From NCBI GenBank assembly GCA_041484525.1, contig JBGPHT010000015.1, forward strand, positions 7,307 to 71,306: 64,000 nt of DNA, read 5' to 3'. The stretch is from Bryobacteraceae bacterium. Its GTDB lineage: Bacteria; Acidobacteriota; Terriglobia; Bryobacterales; Bryobacteraceae. The first letter of the stretch is position 1. Every line of letters begins with the position of its first letter. Below the pieces are notes generated by a model that ran no database searches, was not told where the DNA came from, and saw only the letters and a program-made list of their open reading frames with translations. Positions 1-9,503 of this stretch are shown one piece after another. Made by a program: the position numbers and the translations under genes.

Positions 1-717
1 GAAGCGCGCCAACAGGCGCCGGGCGAGCGGCCGGTCGGTCTCCGAGGAGGCGATCCGGAAGGGGGCGGTTCCGATCCACGAGCGGATGAACTCTGTCCAC
101 TCGTCTTCCGAAAAAGCGCGCGATTCCGATTGCAGGCCGCCCAATCCGACGATAGGTTTTTCGGTGGCAGCGGAAAGGCGCGGCCGCTCCGGCTCATCCG
201 GAATGTTGTGCGCCACACCCAGCGCGGCCACCAGCAGCCGCTGAAATTCCATGGCTTCGTGCATGCGGTCGGGATCGTAGGGCACGCGGCGGTCGGCCCA
301 ACCGGCAGCGCGATTGGTCTGGAAACAGGTCAGCCGGGCGCCTCCCGCCGCAGCCAGCAGTGCGGTGGCTTGCGAGAGCCCGAAGAACTGCTCGGAGTTG
401 ATGACGGCGGTGAAGCGGCCGGCGAGTTTCCAGTGCTGCCGCAGGAGACCGTCGTCATAGCAGGCATACTCGAGGCCGAGGTGCCGGGCCCAGATGATCG
501 AGCGCCGCTCGATCACCCAGAAGAATTCCTTGGGATCGTAGCCGAGCTGCTCGACCGCGATGCAGAGGACGATCAGATCGCCCATGCCACCCGGCCGAAG
601 AATCAGCGGGCGCGGATCCGGATGGCGAAACCGGAGGCAGAGCGAGCCCAGCTTCGCCACCACCACGGCGGCGGGCCAAAGCCGGCTATCAAGCGCGCGG
701 AGCGCAAGTGTATCCAT
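1..717 (-). CDS. Glycosyltransferase family 9 (heptosyltransferase-like), N-terminal part. The gene continues past the left edge.
   Basis: Hand translation of the minus strand from the ATG (complement of 715-717) gives MDTLALRALDSRLW...PLILRPGGMGDLIVLCIAVEQLG...INSEQFFG. The RPGGMGDLI segment looks like the N-terminal GT9 heptosyltransferase motif. The ORF track omits it because there is no stop in the window. The listed + ORF 130..831 is its Arg-rich antisense shadow. Confidence 0.6.
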   Translation of the reverse strand, partial: MDTLALRALDSRLWPAAVVVAKLGSLCLRFRHPDPRPLILRPGGMGDLIVLCIAVEQLGYDPKEFFWVIERRSIIWARHLGLEYACYDDGLLRQHWKLAGRFTAVINSEQFFGLSQATALLAAAGGARLTCFQTNRAAGWADRRVPYDPDRMHEAMEFQRLLVAALGVAHNIPDEPERPRLSAATEKPIVGLGGLQSESRAFSEDEWTEFIRSWIGTAPFRIASSETDRPLARRLLARF

Positions 718-832
718 GGCCGTCCCGAACCCTCAGTCTGGGGAGGGGCGCCTGGAAATGACAGATATGCAAAGGACAGGAGGCGGGTGTTAATCCCAGT
801 TAGTATTTTGTCGAGGGGGTTGGCATGTTAGC

Positions 833-2437
833 ATGGCTGCGACTCCTAAGATGAAGTTAGTAAACCGGTTTTGCAGTTTTCTCGACGCCCTGGCCGCCGT
901 CATGGAAGCCAAGTCGGGATTCTGCGTGATCCTGGCCGCCTGGGTGTTCTTCGTGGTCACCGGAATTCGCGCGCAGCATCGGCTTTTCTGGTACGACGAA
1001 CTGCTGACGGTCAAGATCTGTGCCCTCCCCACCTTCACCGATGTGTGGGCGGCGGTGCGGGCGGGCATGGACCTCAACCCGCCGCTCCAATTCCTGGCCG
1101 TGCGAGCGTCGCAGGGGCTATTTGGTTCCGGGCATTTGGCCACACGCCTACCGGTAATCATCGGCTTCCTGGTGATGAGTCTCTGCCTATTTTTGCTTCT
1201 GAGGCGGAGGATGCCGGTTTCGCTCGCGATCGCGGGGATGATCTTCCCGTGGCTGACCGAAGCCTATCGATTTGCGCTGGATGCACGGCCGTACGGCATC
1301 TTGCTCGGATGCGCCGGCGCGGCACTTCTCTGCTGGAGTCGAGCGGCCGAGGGTGGGCGGCGGGTGGTGTGGCTGGCAGGCCTGAGCCTCAGCCTGGCAC
1401 TCGCCTTGTTGACGCATTGCTACGCCGTGCTGCTGGCTCTGCCGTTCCTGTCGGGAGAGATTGTGCGCCTGCGGGAGCGCAAACGGGCCGATTGGGGCAT
1501 GTGGGCTGCTTTGGCAGCATCCGCTCTTCCGCTTGCGATCTATCCGGCAATGCTGGCGGCCAATGCGGCGCCACCAGTTCAACGGTCGTGGTTCTTTCAT
1601 GTCACGCTCGGGACCGCCCCGGACACTTACCGGGAGATGCTCGAGCCGGCGTTCTGGCCGCTGGTCCTGGCAGTGCTGTTCCTCGTGACAGCCGGCCTCA
1701 GCTCCAAGCGGGCTTCATCCATGACTGAAGGATTCGCCATGCGCCCCTCCGAGCTGGCGGTAGTCATCGGGTACGCGGCTATTCCCGTATCGGCCGTGAT
1801 GCTGTCGGCCGTCACGACGCACTCCTTCTCTTTACGCTATGGCTCGTGCGGCGTGATTGGAGTGGCCTGCCTGCTGGCGATGGCTGTGGCGCGCCAAGCG
1901 AATGCGGCGCGCAACGGCGCTGTGCTGGCGCTACTATTCCTTAGTTCCTTTGCCGCCGGTTTCGGGCAACAGCTCTGGACGGCGATCCATCCGGCCGAGG
2001 TTCATGCCTCGGGACCGGCTGAACTTCAGCCGGTGCGGGCGGATTCCGTTCCGGCCCACCCGCTGCTCTCCCATGCATCCGGCAATCAACTGCCGGTAGT
2101 GATCGCGAGTGGGCTGCAATTCCTCGAAATTGAGCACTACGGCGGCGATGCGCTGCTGGCGCGCACGTACTACCTGACGGATGTCGAGGCCTCGCTTAGG
2201 CGGACCGGCGCCGCCAGCTTCGACGCCACGTATCCCACGATGAAGCGCCTGTTCCACCTGCGGGCGAACGTCGTGCCTGTGGACGCATTTCTGGCTCAGC
2301 ACCGGCAGTTTCTGTTGTACTCCTCCGGGTACGTCGTTGAGTGGCTGCAGCCGGAGCTGCTCGCGCGTGGATGGCAGGTGCGGCTGCTCGCAAAGCTGGG
2401 GGCAGCCGACATTACGGAAGTGACCAGGCCGCGGTAA
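833..2437 (+). CDS. Polytopic membrane glycosyltransferase, GT-C fold (ArnT/PMT, GT39/GT83-like)
   Basis: 534-aa ORF starting at ATG 833. It has many hydrophobic segments. An acidic WYDELLT motif follows the first TM segment, as in GT-C enzymes. The gene is divergent from the GT9 gene. Confidence 0.5.
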   Translation: MAATPKMKLVNRFCSFLDALAAVMEAKSGFCVILAAWVFFVVTGIRAQHRLFWYDELLTVKICALPTFTDVWAAVRAGMDLNPPLQFLAVRASQGLFGSGHLATRLPVIIGFLVMSLCLFLLLRRRMPVSLAIAGMIFPWLTEAYRFALDARPYGILLGCAGAALLCWSRAAEGGRRVVWLAGLSLSLALALLTHCYAVLLALPFLSGEIVRLRERKRADWGMWAALAASALPLAIYPAMLAANAAPPVQRSWFFHVTLGTAPDTYREMLEPAFWPLVLAVLFLVTAGLSSKRASSMTEGFAMRPSELAVVIGYAAIPVSAVMLSAVTTHSFSLRYGSCGVIGVACLLAMAVARQANAARNGAVLALLFLSSFAAGFGQQLWTAIHPAEVHASGPAELQPVRADSVPAHPLLSHASGNQLPVVIASGLQFLEIEHYGGDALLARTYYLTDVEASLRRTGAASFDATYPTMKRLFHLRANVVPVDAFLAQHRQFLLYSSGYVVEWLQPELLARGWQVRLLAKLGAADITEVTRPR

Positions 2438-2455
2438 GAAGGGTTGGGACTGGCA

Positions 2456-3223
2456 ATGGGTACTCTCGAACTAGCAAAACGCCTGGTTTATAGCGTGCTC
2501 TGCGGTGGTGATTACGGGCGCTACATGGCCCTGCGCTCGGCAGCCGTCCGGGGCGCGGTACGATTTGACCTCTACGAGCGCTCTGCGATCCGTTTCGTCC
2601 GCTCGTATCTCCGGCCCGGAGACGTAGCCGTGGACGTGGGAGCGAACCTCGGGGCATACACCATCACCATGGCCGAGGCAGTTGGGCGGGCAGGCAAGGT
2701 CTGGGCGTTCGAACCGATGGCCGAAGCGTTCAGTCTGCTTCGGAGGAACACCGCGCGCTTCTCACAGGTGGAATTGCACCAGATAGCGCTTTCGAATCGC
2801 ATCGAGACACTGGAGATTTCAGTGCCGTTCCTGTTCGGTGACGTTCCCGAGGTATCACTGGCAGGCATAGGGGTTACGGCTGGACGCGTCCAACGCCGCG
2901 CGATCTCGACCATGACGCTCGATGCCTACCAATCGGTGCTCGAGAGCTTGCGCTTCATAAAGGTCGATATCGAAGGCCACGAGCCGGCCTTCCTCCGAGG
3001 CGCGATTGAGACAATCAAACACTACCAGCCGCTCGTCCAGTTCGAAGCCAATACCCCAGAGGCGCTCGACGAAGTTCAGCATCTGGTTGCGGATTCGTTC
3101 CCGTCGTACGCTATACGACAACTGGATCCGGCCGGGACGCTTTTTGCGGTGAATGGGACGCTTACGGGAAACAATTTCTATTTGGTTCCGCCGCGATTCG
3201 CCCGGGGCGATGCTAGGCGGTAG
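2456..3223 (+). CDS. FkbM-family SAM-dependent methyltransferase
   Basis: Contains VDVGANLGAYT (SAM-binding loop) and IKVDIEGHE, the two hallmark FkbM-family motifs. The track starts at TTG 2444. The first ATG is 2456. Confidence 0.8.
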   Translation: MGTLELAKRLVYSVLCGGDYGRYMALRSAAVRGAVRFDLYERSAIRFVRSYLRPGDVAVDVGANLGAYTITMAEAVGRAGKVWAFEPMAEAFSLLRRNTARFSQVELHQIALSNRIETLEISVPFLFGDVPEVSLAGIGVTAGRVQRRAISTMTLDAYQSVLESLRFIKVDIEGHEPAFLRGAIETIKHYQPLVQFEANTPEALDEVQHLVADSFPSYAIRQLDPAGTLFAVNGTLTGNNFYLVPPRFARGDARR

Positions 3224-3370
3224 AACTCCGGACCTTGGGAAGCCTACCCTCTAGCGGGTATCTCCCATCCGGAGTACGACTTGGTAAGCTTCAAGCAGCT
3301 TGACAGTGGGGGGAAGGTGGCGTCAGACTTTGATTTATAGCCCGCGCAGCCGGGTAGGAGGAGTTGGCGA

Positions 3371-4687
3371 GTGCATCTACGAACATTGGCGATACTCGGG
3401 ATGGCGCTGCCAGTCTACGCGCAGTATGCCGGCCCGGCTATTCTGAGCCGCGGCGAAGCCCCCGCGGCTATGTCCGGACCGAATATCAGTTTCCGGCCGT
3501 TCGTCGAATTCGGCGGCGTTTATGACACCGGTCTGAGCGGCGTATTGCTGAAAGAAGGCACCGAGGACCTGGCGAATACCGCGAGTTACGGTATGACCCT
3601 CTCGGGCGGCGTGAGCGGCAGCCATCGCTGGCGTCACACTACGCTTGGCCTGGATTACCGCGCTTCCATTCAGCATTACGCGAAGCAGACCTATTACGAC
3701 TCGACCAACCAATCGATGCTGCTGGGCATCACGCACCAGATTTCGCGGCATACGACCTTGACCCTGCGCGAAAGCGGCGGTATGTTCTCGCGCGACAACG
3801 GGTTGCTCGGGCTGTCCCAGACGGTGCCCTTCGATCCGTCCGCGAGCAATATTCCGAGCACCGACTTTTTCGACAACCGCACTATCTATCTTTCCTCGCA
3901 GGCCGACCTGTCTTACCAGAAAAGTGCGCGGCTTTCATTCAGTGCCGGCGGAGACACGTTCCTGGCGCGGCGCAGATCTTCGGCACTGTACGGCGTGCAG
4001 GGCGACACGGCCCGCGGCGACATCCAATACCGGATCTCCCGTCAGTCCACCGTCGGCGTCTCCTACAACTACACCCACTTCACATTCAACGGCCTTTTCA
4101 GCGGCACCGATTTCCACGCCGTTAATGCCACATATAGCGTCCGGATCAGCCGGAATTTCGAAATCTCCGTGTACGGAGGCATCCTGCGGGCGGAAACCAA
4201 GTTTGTTCAGAACGTGCCGGTGGATCCCATCATTACGGCGATTCTTGGAATCACCTCGTCGCCGTCGGTGATACATACGATCACGCGCATCCCCAATATC
4301 GGGGCGAGGCTCTCGCGGACGTATCGCCGCGGCGTGGTTTTCGTTTCCGGCGGCAACTCGATGACTCCCGGGAACGGTCTCTTCCTGACGTCGACGGTCA
4401 CCAATATTTCCGGGGGCTACACTTACACCGGCCTCAGGCGGTGGAGCTTCTCCTCCGGCGCCGCTTACAACCGCGCGAACTCGATCGGGCACATTCTCGG
4501 TGGGTATTCCGATGTAACGGGATCTATCTCAATGTCGCGCCAGATCCAGCGAACGGTGCACTTGGTGGTCAGCTTCGACGCCCATCAGTACAACAGCCCG
4601 ACCTATCAGAAGTACAACCGGCTGACGTACACGGCGCGCATCGGCATCGGATTCTCGCCGGGGGACGTGCCACTGCGCATCTGGTGA
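3371..4687 (+). CDS. Putative outer-membrane beta-barrel protein (polysaccharide-locus associated)
   Basis: Signal peptide MHLRTLAILGMALPVYAQ. Composition is Y/S/G/T-rich with an alternating pattern. The C-terminal ...VPLRIW has an aromatic end. AGGAGG (3356-3361) lies 9 nt upstream of GTG 3371. Confidence 0.5.
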   Translation: MHLRTLAILGMALPVYAQYAGPAILSRGEAPAAMSGPNISFRPFVEFGGVYDTGLSGVLLKEGTEDLANTASYGMTLSGGVSGSHRWRHTTLGLDYRASIQHYAKQTYYDSTNQSMLLGITHQISRHTTLTLRESGGMFSRDNGLLGLSQTVPFDPSASNIPSTDFFDNRTIYLSSQADLSYQKSARLSFSAGGDTFLARRRSSALYGVQGDTARGDIQYRISRQSTVGVSYNYTHFTFNGLFSGTDFHAVNATYSVRISRNFEISVYGGILRAETKFVQNVPVDPIITAILGITSSPSVIHTITRIPNIGARLSRTYRRGVVFVSGGNSMTPGNGLFLTSTVTNISGGYTYTGLRRWSFSSGAAYNRANSIGHILGGYSDVTGSISMSRQIQRTVHLVVSFDAHQYNSPTYQKYNRLTYTARIGIGFSPGDVPLRIW

Positions 4688-4724
4688 GCGCCTTTCTCGC
4701 GCCTGCGCCCGCAGCCTCCCTCCG

Positions 4725-6182
4725 ATGAGCTCATCCTCCCAGGCACTGGCCGCTTCCTTTCGGGACCCCGCCGGCTGCCTCTTCGCGTACGGCGATCGCA
4801 TTCTGCGGATGGTGACCCCGGCCGGACTGCCGGACCTCGCCCTGTTCCTGGAATCCCAGACGGCGCGGAAGCATCTGGCGGCCGGGTCGGTGACCGGCAC
4901 GCGCTTGCTCGAAGACGCGGAGATGCAGGACCTTCTGGCGGATCCCCGCCTGCCCGAATCGTGCCGCCCGTTGGAGGGCGGAATCATCCTCGAGCACGAG
5001 CGCATTTCGTTTCCCAGCTTCCCTTGTGAGTGGCCTCCCGAGATGCTGCACGCCGCGGGAGTGCTGACGCTCGACCTGGCGGCCAGCCTGTTGAATGACG
5101 GTTTGGGTTTGAAAGACGCCACTCCTTACAACGTTCTCTTCCGCGGGCCGCAGCCGGTGTTTATCGACGTACTCTCCTTCGAACGTCGCGATCCGGGCGA
5201 TTCCACCTGGCTGCCCTACGCGCAATTTGTGCGGACGTTTCTGCTGCCGCTGCTGGCCAACCGGTATTTCGGGATCGCGATCGATCAGATTCTGACCACG
5301 CGCCGCGACGGTCTCGAGCCGGAGGAAGTCTACCGCTGGCTGAAGCCGCTGCAGAAGATCCGGCCGCCGTTTCTCTCGCTGGTGTCGATGCCGAAATGGC
5401 TCGGGGCCAGGCACAAGCAGGACGACAACAGCATCTACCGGAAGCGGCCGTCGCAGGATCCGGAGCGCGCCCGCTTCGTTCTGGGCATGCTGCTGAAGGG
5501 CCTGCGGCGTACCCTCGGACGGCTGGCGCCGCCGGCGGGAAAGCAATCCACGTGGTCCGATTACATGACCTCGAACAACAATTACACGGCGGAGCACTTT
5601 GCGGCCAAGCAGTCCTTCGTGCGCCAGGCCGTGGAAGAGTTCCGGCCGAAGCGGGTGCTCGACGTGGGATGCAACACGGGCCATTTCAGCGCGATCGCGG
5701 CCCGCGCCGGAGCGGAAGTGGTGGCGCTCGATTACGACCCGGTGGTGCTTGGCGACGTGTGGCGCAATGCGCGCGCCGAACGGCTCAACATTTTGCCGTT
5801 GGCGGTAAACCTCACGCGTCCGACCCCCGGTATCGGATGGCGCAACCGGGAGAACGCATCGTTTCTCGATCGCGCCCGGGGCCACTTCGACGCCACGCTG
5901 ATGTTAGCGGTGATCCACCACATGCTGGTCACCGAACGGGTGCCGCTGGTCGAGATCGTGGACCTGGCCGCGGAGCTGACGAACCGGATCCTGATTATCG
6001 AGTTTATTGCGCCGGATGATTCGATGTTTCGCCGGCTGACCCGCGGTCGTGAGGAACTGCACCGGAACCTGACGGCGGCGATGTTCGAATCGGTTTGCTC
6101 CCGCCGTTTCGAGATTGTCCGGACACAGCATCTGGAAGGTACGAGCCGATGGCTGTATTTGCTGGCTAAGAAGACTGGGTAG
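4725..6182 (+). CDS. Class I SAM-dependent methyltransferase with an unassigned ~270-aa N-terminal domain
   Basis: VLDVGCNTGHFSAIAARAGAEVVALDYD matches the Rossmann motif I plus acidic motif II of class I methyltransferases. Confidence 0.75.
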   Translation: MSSSSQALAASFRDPAGCLFAYGDRILRMVTPAGLPDLALFLESQTARKHLAAGSVTGTRLLEDAEMQDLLADPRLPESCRPLEGGIILEHERISFPSFPCEWPPEMLHAAGVLTLDLAASLLNDGLGLKDATPYNVLFRGPQPVFIDVLSFERRDPGDSTWLPYAQFVRTFLLPLLANRYFGIAIDQILTTRRDGLEPEEVYRWLKPLQKIRPPFLSLVSMPKWLGARHKQDDNSIYRKRPSQDPERARFVLGMLLKGLRRTLGRLAPPAGKQSTWSDYMTSNNNYTAEHFAAKQSFVRQAVEEFRPKRVLDVGCNTGHFSAIAARAGAEVVALDYDPVVLGDVWRNARAERLNILPLAVNLTRPTPGIGWRNRENASFLDRARGHFDATLMLAVIHHMLVTERVPLVEIVDLAAELTNRILIIEFIAPDDSMFRRLTRGREELHRNLTAAMFESVCSRRFEIVRTQHLEGTSRWLYLLAKKTG

Positions 6183-6222
6183 GTCGGCCCGATCAGGCAG
6201 CCAGGATGCTTGGCCTCTTACC

Positions 6223-6972
6223 CTAGTGCTTAGTGGCGAAGATGTACGAGCGGTACTTCCGATGCTGCGCTCCAGCCGCGCCGAACGTTACGATTTCGAT
6301 TCGCTGAAAACCGATTTCGCCAAGAGTCCGGTATACCCATGCCGCGCTATAGCCAATGCTGGTCATGAAGGGACGTTGCCTGCCGAAACGAATCGCCATC
6401 CGCTGCACGGCATCCTTTGCGCCAATGTATTTCCTGTACGCCGTGTAAACGAGTTCAAACAGGGGCGGTGAAGCCGGCCAGTCGTGAATTGGCAAATGGA
6501 TCATGATCGTCCCCCCTGTGGCCAACACGCGAAAAAGCTCACGGAAGTTTTGGGCGGCATCCTTCATTGTGGGGAAGTGCTGGAACACGTCCGTTGAGAA
6601 CGCCGCCGATACAGAGTTATCTGTCAGCGGAATCGCGTGGCCATCCGTCAGATAGAACTCGGCGGCGCCAACGTGCCTCCTGGCATACTCGATCATCTCT
6701 GGCGAGACGTCCACCGCGTACACCTTAGCGAACGCCTGGGAGAGTTGCTTGGTTATGCGCCCGGCGCCGCAGCCGATCTCCAGGCACGATCCTGTGGATA
6801 GCCCATAGCGCCGCCAAAAGGGCTCCAGTTCTTCCCAAGAGCGCTTTCCGTGATCATAGAATTCCTCATCCGTCCACGGTGCTGCGCCCCGTTTGGATTT
6901 TCCTTCCCACGAAGAGACACCGTAGAGGGGGTCCACCTTTCCCCATGTTTGCCACTCAAGATTAGAGCGCAT
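6223..6972 (-). CDS. Class I SAM-dependent methyltransferase
   Basis: CLEIGCGAGRITKQLSQAFAKVYAVDVSPEMIEYA is a motif I/II arrangement. The 249-aa size is typical. Confidence 0.8.
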   Translation of the reverse strand: MRSNLEWQTWGKVDPLYGVSSWEGKSKRGAAPWTDEEFYDHGKRSWEELEPFWRRYGLSTGSCLEIGCGAGRITKQLSQAFAKVYAVDVSPEMIEYARRHVGAAEFYLTDGHAIPLTDNSVSAAFSTDVFQHFPTMKDAAQNFRELFRVLATGGTIMIHLPIHDWPASPPLFELVYTAYRKYIGAKDAVQRMAIRFGRQRPFMTSIGYSAAWVYRTLGEIGFQRIEIVTFGAAGAQHRKYRSYIFATKH

Positions 6973-7051
6973 TAAGCCCTTCCCTATTTCCTCGCCAAGG
7001 CAGATCGCTGAATCCGTCAGCCATTTTCCAATTGTAGCTGCCTGCGTTGCT

Positions 7052-8233
7052 CTAGTGCCCGCCGGGACTATCCGCGGTCACTTTCGAAACGGCCGCGGGC
7101 GGGCGGCCGCCGGCGACGTAGCGCGGGATTACCCAATCCAGGAACTTGCTCGGGTCGCCCTGCTGGCCGGCGACGGCGGCTCGCACCAGGTTGTAAGCCT
7201 CGCGCGCGGTGATGTAGTGGAGAACGTAGCGTTGGCCGTCGTTGTAGCGCGACTCCATGTAGGTCAGTACACGGTCGAACGGCGCGCCCAGCACATCGTC
7301 GACGTCGATATCGGTGCTGGCCTCGTGGCCATGCACCTTGACGAACACCCATTCGGGCCGGCCTTCCACGTGGACGTTGGCGTCGATCCATGCATCCACG
7401 CGCTTCTCGCTCAGCGGAACGGCGTGATGCACGTCGCCGTCCTCGACGTCCCAGAAAAGATGTTTCGCATTCCGCGACGGTACGATCTGCAGCGGGCCCT
7501 CGAACAGCATGAGGTCCCCCACCGGTTCCTGTCCCACGCGCACGCGCGTGCCCTTGTCATAGGATTTGGGGCCATCGTCATCCGTGGCTTCAAAGATCGC
7601 GTTCGCCAGGGAAGGCTGCGCCGCCTGCCAGAGGGCGGGGAAAGTGAAATCCGCGAAGCAGCCCAGCTCGCGCAGAATCTTCAACTCGTGGTTGGCGCCG
7701 CACATGCCCGGGACGCTGTTATCGAGCGCCCAATTCCCGTGGATGAAGGCGAAGCGCGTGTCGCCCTGAACCGTCTTCAGAAAACCGTACCGCTGAAAAT
7801 CGGCGATGGCGCGCGCGAACTTCGCCCGCGCTGAATCGTCGGTGTCATTGAAATGGTGGTAGTGAAGCTCCACTTCGCCGTAACCGCCCGCCACGAGATT
7901 CTTCAGAGCGGCCATGTTTTCCTCGTCCGGCTGCTCCCCGGGATAGAACCACGTGTGCTGCACGGGACGGCCGGCGCTGTCGCGATGGCGATCGGCAAGT
8001 TTCGGATACTCCTGCTCCCAGCGGTGCGTGCGATAGTGATGGCTGGCCGGCTCGAAATGGTCGGTGAAGTAGAAGAAGATATGCACCGGCCCCTGCGGCG
8101 TTTCTCGCGCGCGCATCGACTGGCGCAGGTAGTCCGGCAGCCAGATGTAATACATGCGGTTTTGGATCCGGTAACCGGCCGCGGCAGCGTAGATCGCCGC
8201 CACCGCCAGGATCAACCACGCGAGGCGGCGCAT
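7052..8233 (-). CDS. Membrane-anchored hypothetical protein, His-rich (possible metal-dependent carbohydrate esterase/deacetylase-like)
   Basis: Internal start MRRLAWLILAVAAIYAAAAGY (complement of 8231-8233) gives an N-terminal anchor. His/Asp clusters are present: TDHFEP, ELHYHH, FIHGNWALDN, VKVHGHE. I can assign no firm family. Confidence 0.45.
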   Translation of the reverse strand: MRRLAWLILAVAAIYAAAAGYRIQNRMYYIWLPDYLRQSMRARETPQGPVHIFFYFTDHFEPASHHYRTHRWEQEYPKLADRHRDSAGRPVQHTWFYPGEQPDEENMAALKNLVAGGYGEVELHYHHFNDTDDSARAKFARAIADFQRYGFLKTVQGDTRFAFIHGNWALDNSVPGMCGANHELKILRELGCFADFTFPALWQAAQPSLANAIFEATDDDGPKSYDKGTRVRVGQEPVGDLMLFEGPLQIVPSRNAKHLFWDVEDGDVHHAVPLSEKRVDAWIDANVHVEGRPEWVFVKVHGHEASTDIDVDDVLGAPFDRVLTYMESRYNDGQRYVLHYITAREAYNLVRAAVAGQQGDPSKFLDWVIPRYVAGGRPPAAVSKVTADSPGGH

Positions 8234-8355
8234 CAACAAAGATTGTAACCGTACGCGAGCGCCGATTTCGGTTTGCCCGGCTCGGCACTGTACGATAACA
8301 TGGCCCAAGTGGGCTCAATCGTCCATTCTCGATCGGCCAGAACCTCTACGCTGCG

Positions 8356-9498
8356 ATGCGCCTAGCCCACTCCGGAGCATTTGCGCTCGTTCTCGACGCT
8401 TCGCCGAAGGTGTGGACGAGTCTCGAAGAGTTTCATTTCCGGCTGCTGAAGGCATATAGGAATCGCGGCGTCCCGGCCGTGATCGTTTTCGCCAACCTGC
8501 CGCCCGACGAGTATGCGCAGCGGATGGCGACCAGCGGTGCGGCCATCGAAACCCTCAATTTTGCCAAAGGCAAGGGCCAGTATTACCGCGGGCTCGGTGA
8601 GCTTGTCCGCAAACATGGCATTACGACAGTACAGACTAGAGGCTTCAATTACTTTCACCCAATCTGGTGGATGTTACGCCTGCAAGGAGTTCGTCGCGTC
8701 ATTTTCGTGGAGGGCAATAGCGGACTGCTGCGCGCGCGATCGTGGAAGAGGGTTTTGTTGCGAATGCGCGCCGGGGTCCTGACGTGGCCGGTGACGCACA
8801 TCGTATCCATCTCGGACTTTGTGAAACGGCAGTTAGTCGAGCTCGGAATTCCGGAGCCGAAGATTCAACGCATTTATAACGGGGTGGACGCGGGGCGCTA
8901 TCATCCCGATCCCTTGGTCCGGCGGGAGTGGCGCGAACAATACGGACTGAAGCCGGAAGAGGCCTTAATCTCGACCATTGCCTATCTACGCACGTTTAAG
9001 AATCCACAGGTCATGTTCGAGGCGTGCGGGATACTGGCTGCGCGCCGCTTCCCGTTCCGGTATTTCGTCGCCGGTACAGGCGACCTGGTGGAGCCAATGA
9101 AGCAACTCAGTCAAAAGCTGGGATTTGCCGACCGCATTCACTGGCTGGGAAACTTCGCCCGGACTGAGCGGCTATTGCAGGCCTCGGATGTTTTCATGCT
9201 TTCCTCGGTGGGGGAAGCGTTGGGAAACGCCTTCCTCGAGGCATCGGCGTGCGGCGTGCCGATCGTTGGCGCCGACAGCGGCGGCATTCCGGAGATCGTT
9301 GTGCCCGGCGAGACGGGGTTCCTCGCTTCGGCGACCGATCCTGCGGCGTTTGCCGACGGCATCCAGAAAATCATGAGCGACGAATCGCTGCGCGGACGCA
9401 TGCCGGATCAGTGCGTGGCGCGCGCCCGAACGGTTTTCGATCTCGATCGTGCGGTGGCGAATTTCCTCGCAGTGTATGACGCGCTGCCGGCGGAGTAA
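8356..9498 (+). CDS. Glycosyltransferase family 4 (GT-B)
   Basis: C-terminal EALGNAFLEASACGVPIVGADSGGIPEIVVPGETGFL matches the GT4 E-x7-E region. Confidence 0.85.
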   Translation: MRLAHSGAFALVLDASPKVWTSLEEFHFRLLKAYRNRGVPAVIVFANLPPDEYAQRMATSGAAIETLNFAKGKGQYYRGLGELVRKHGITTVQTRGFNYFHPIWWMLRLQGVRRVIFVEGNSGLLRARSWKRVLLRMRAGVLTWPVTHIVSISDFVKRQLVELGIPEPKIQRIYNGVDAGRYHPDPLVRREWREQYGLKPEEALISTIAYLRTFKNPQVMFEACGILAARRFPFRYFVAGTGDLVEPMKQLSQKLGFADRIHWLGNFARTERLLQASDVFMLSSVGEALGNAFLEASACGVPIVGADSGGIPEIVVPGETGFLASATDPAAFADGIQKIMSDESLRGRMPDQCVARARTVFDLDRAVANFLAVYDALPAE

Positions 9499-9503
9499 CC
9501 GCG

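Noticed and set aside
130-831. 233-aa + strand ORF at the left edge
   Set aside because: It is Arg/Gly/Pro-rich with no motifs. It lies antisense to a minus-strand reading frame with a clear GT9-like sequence. This is a typical high-GC shadow ORF.
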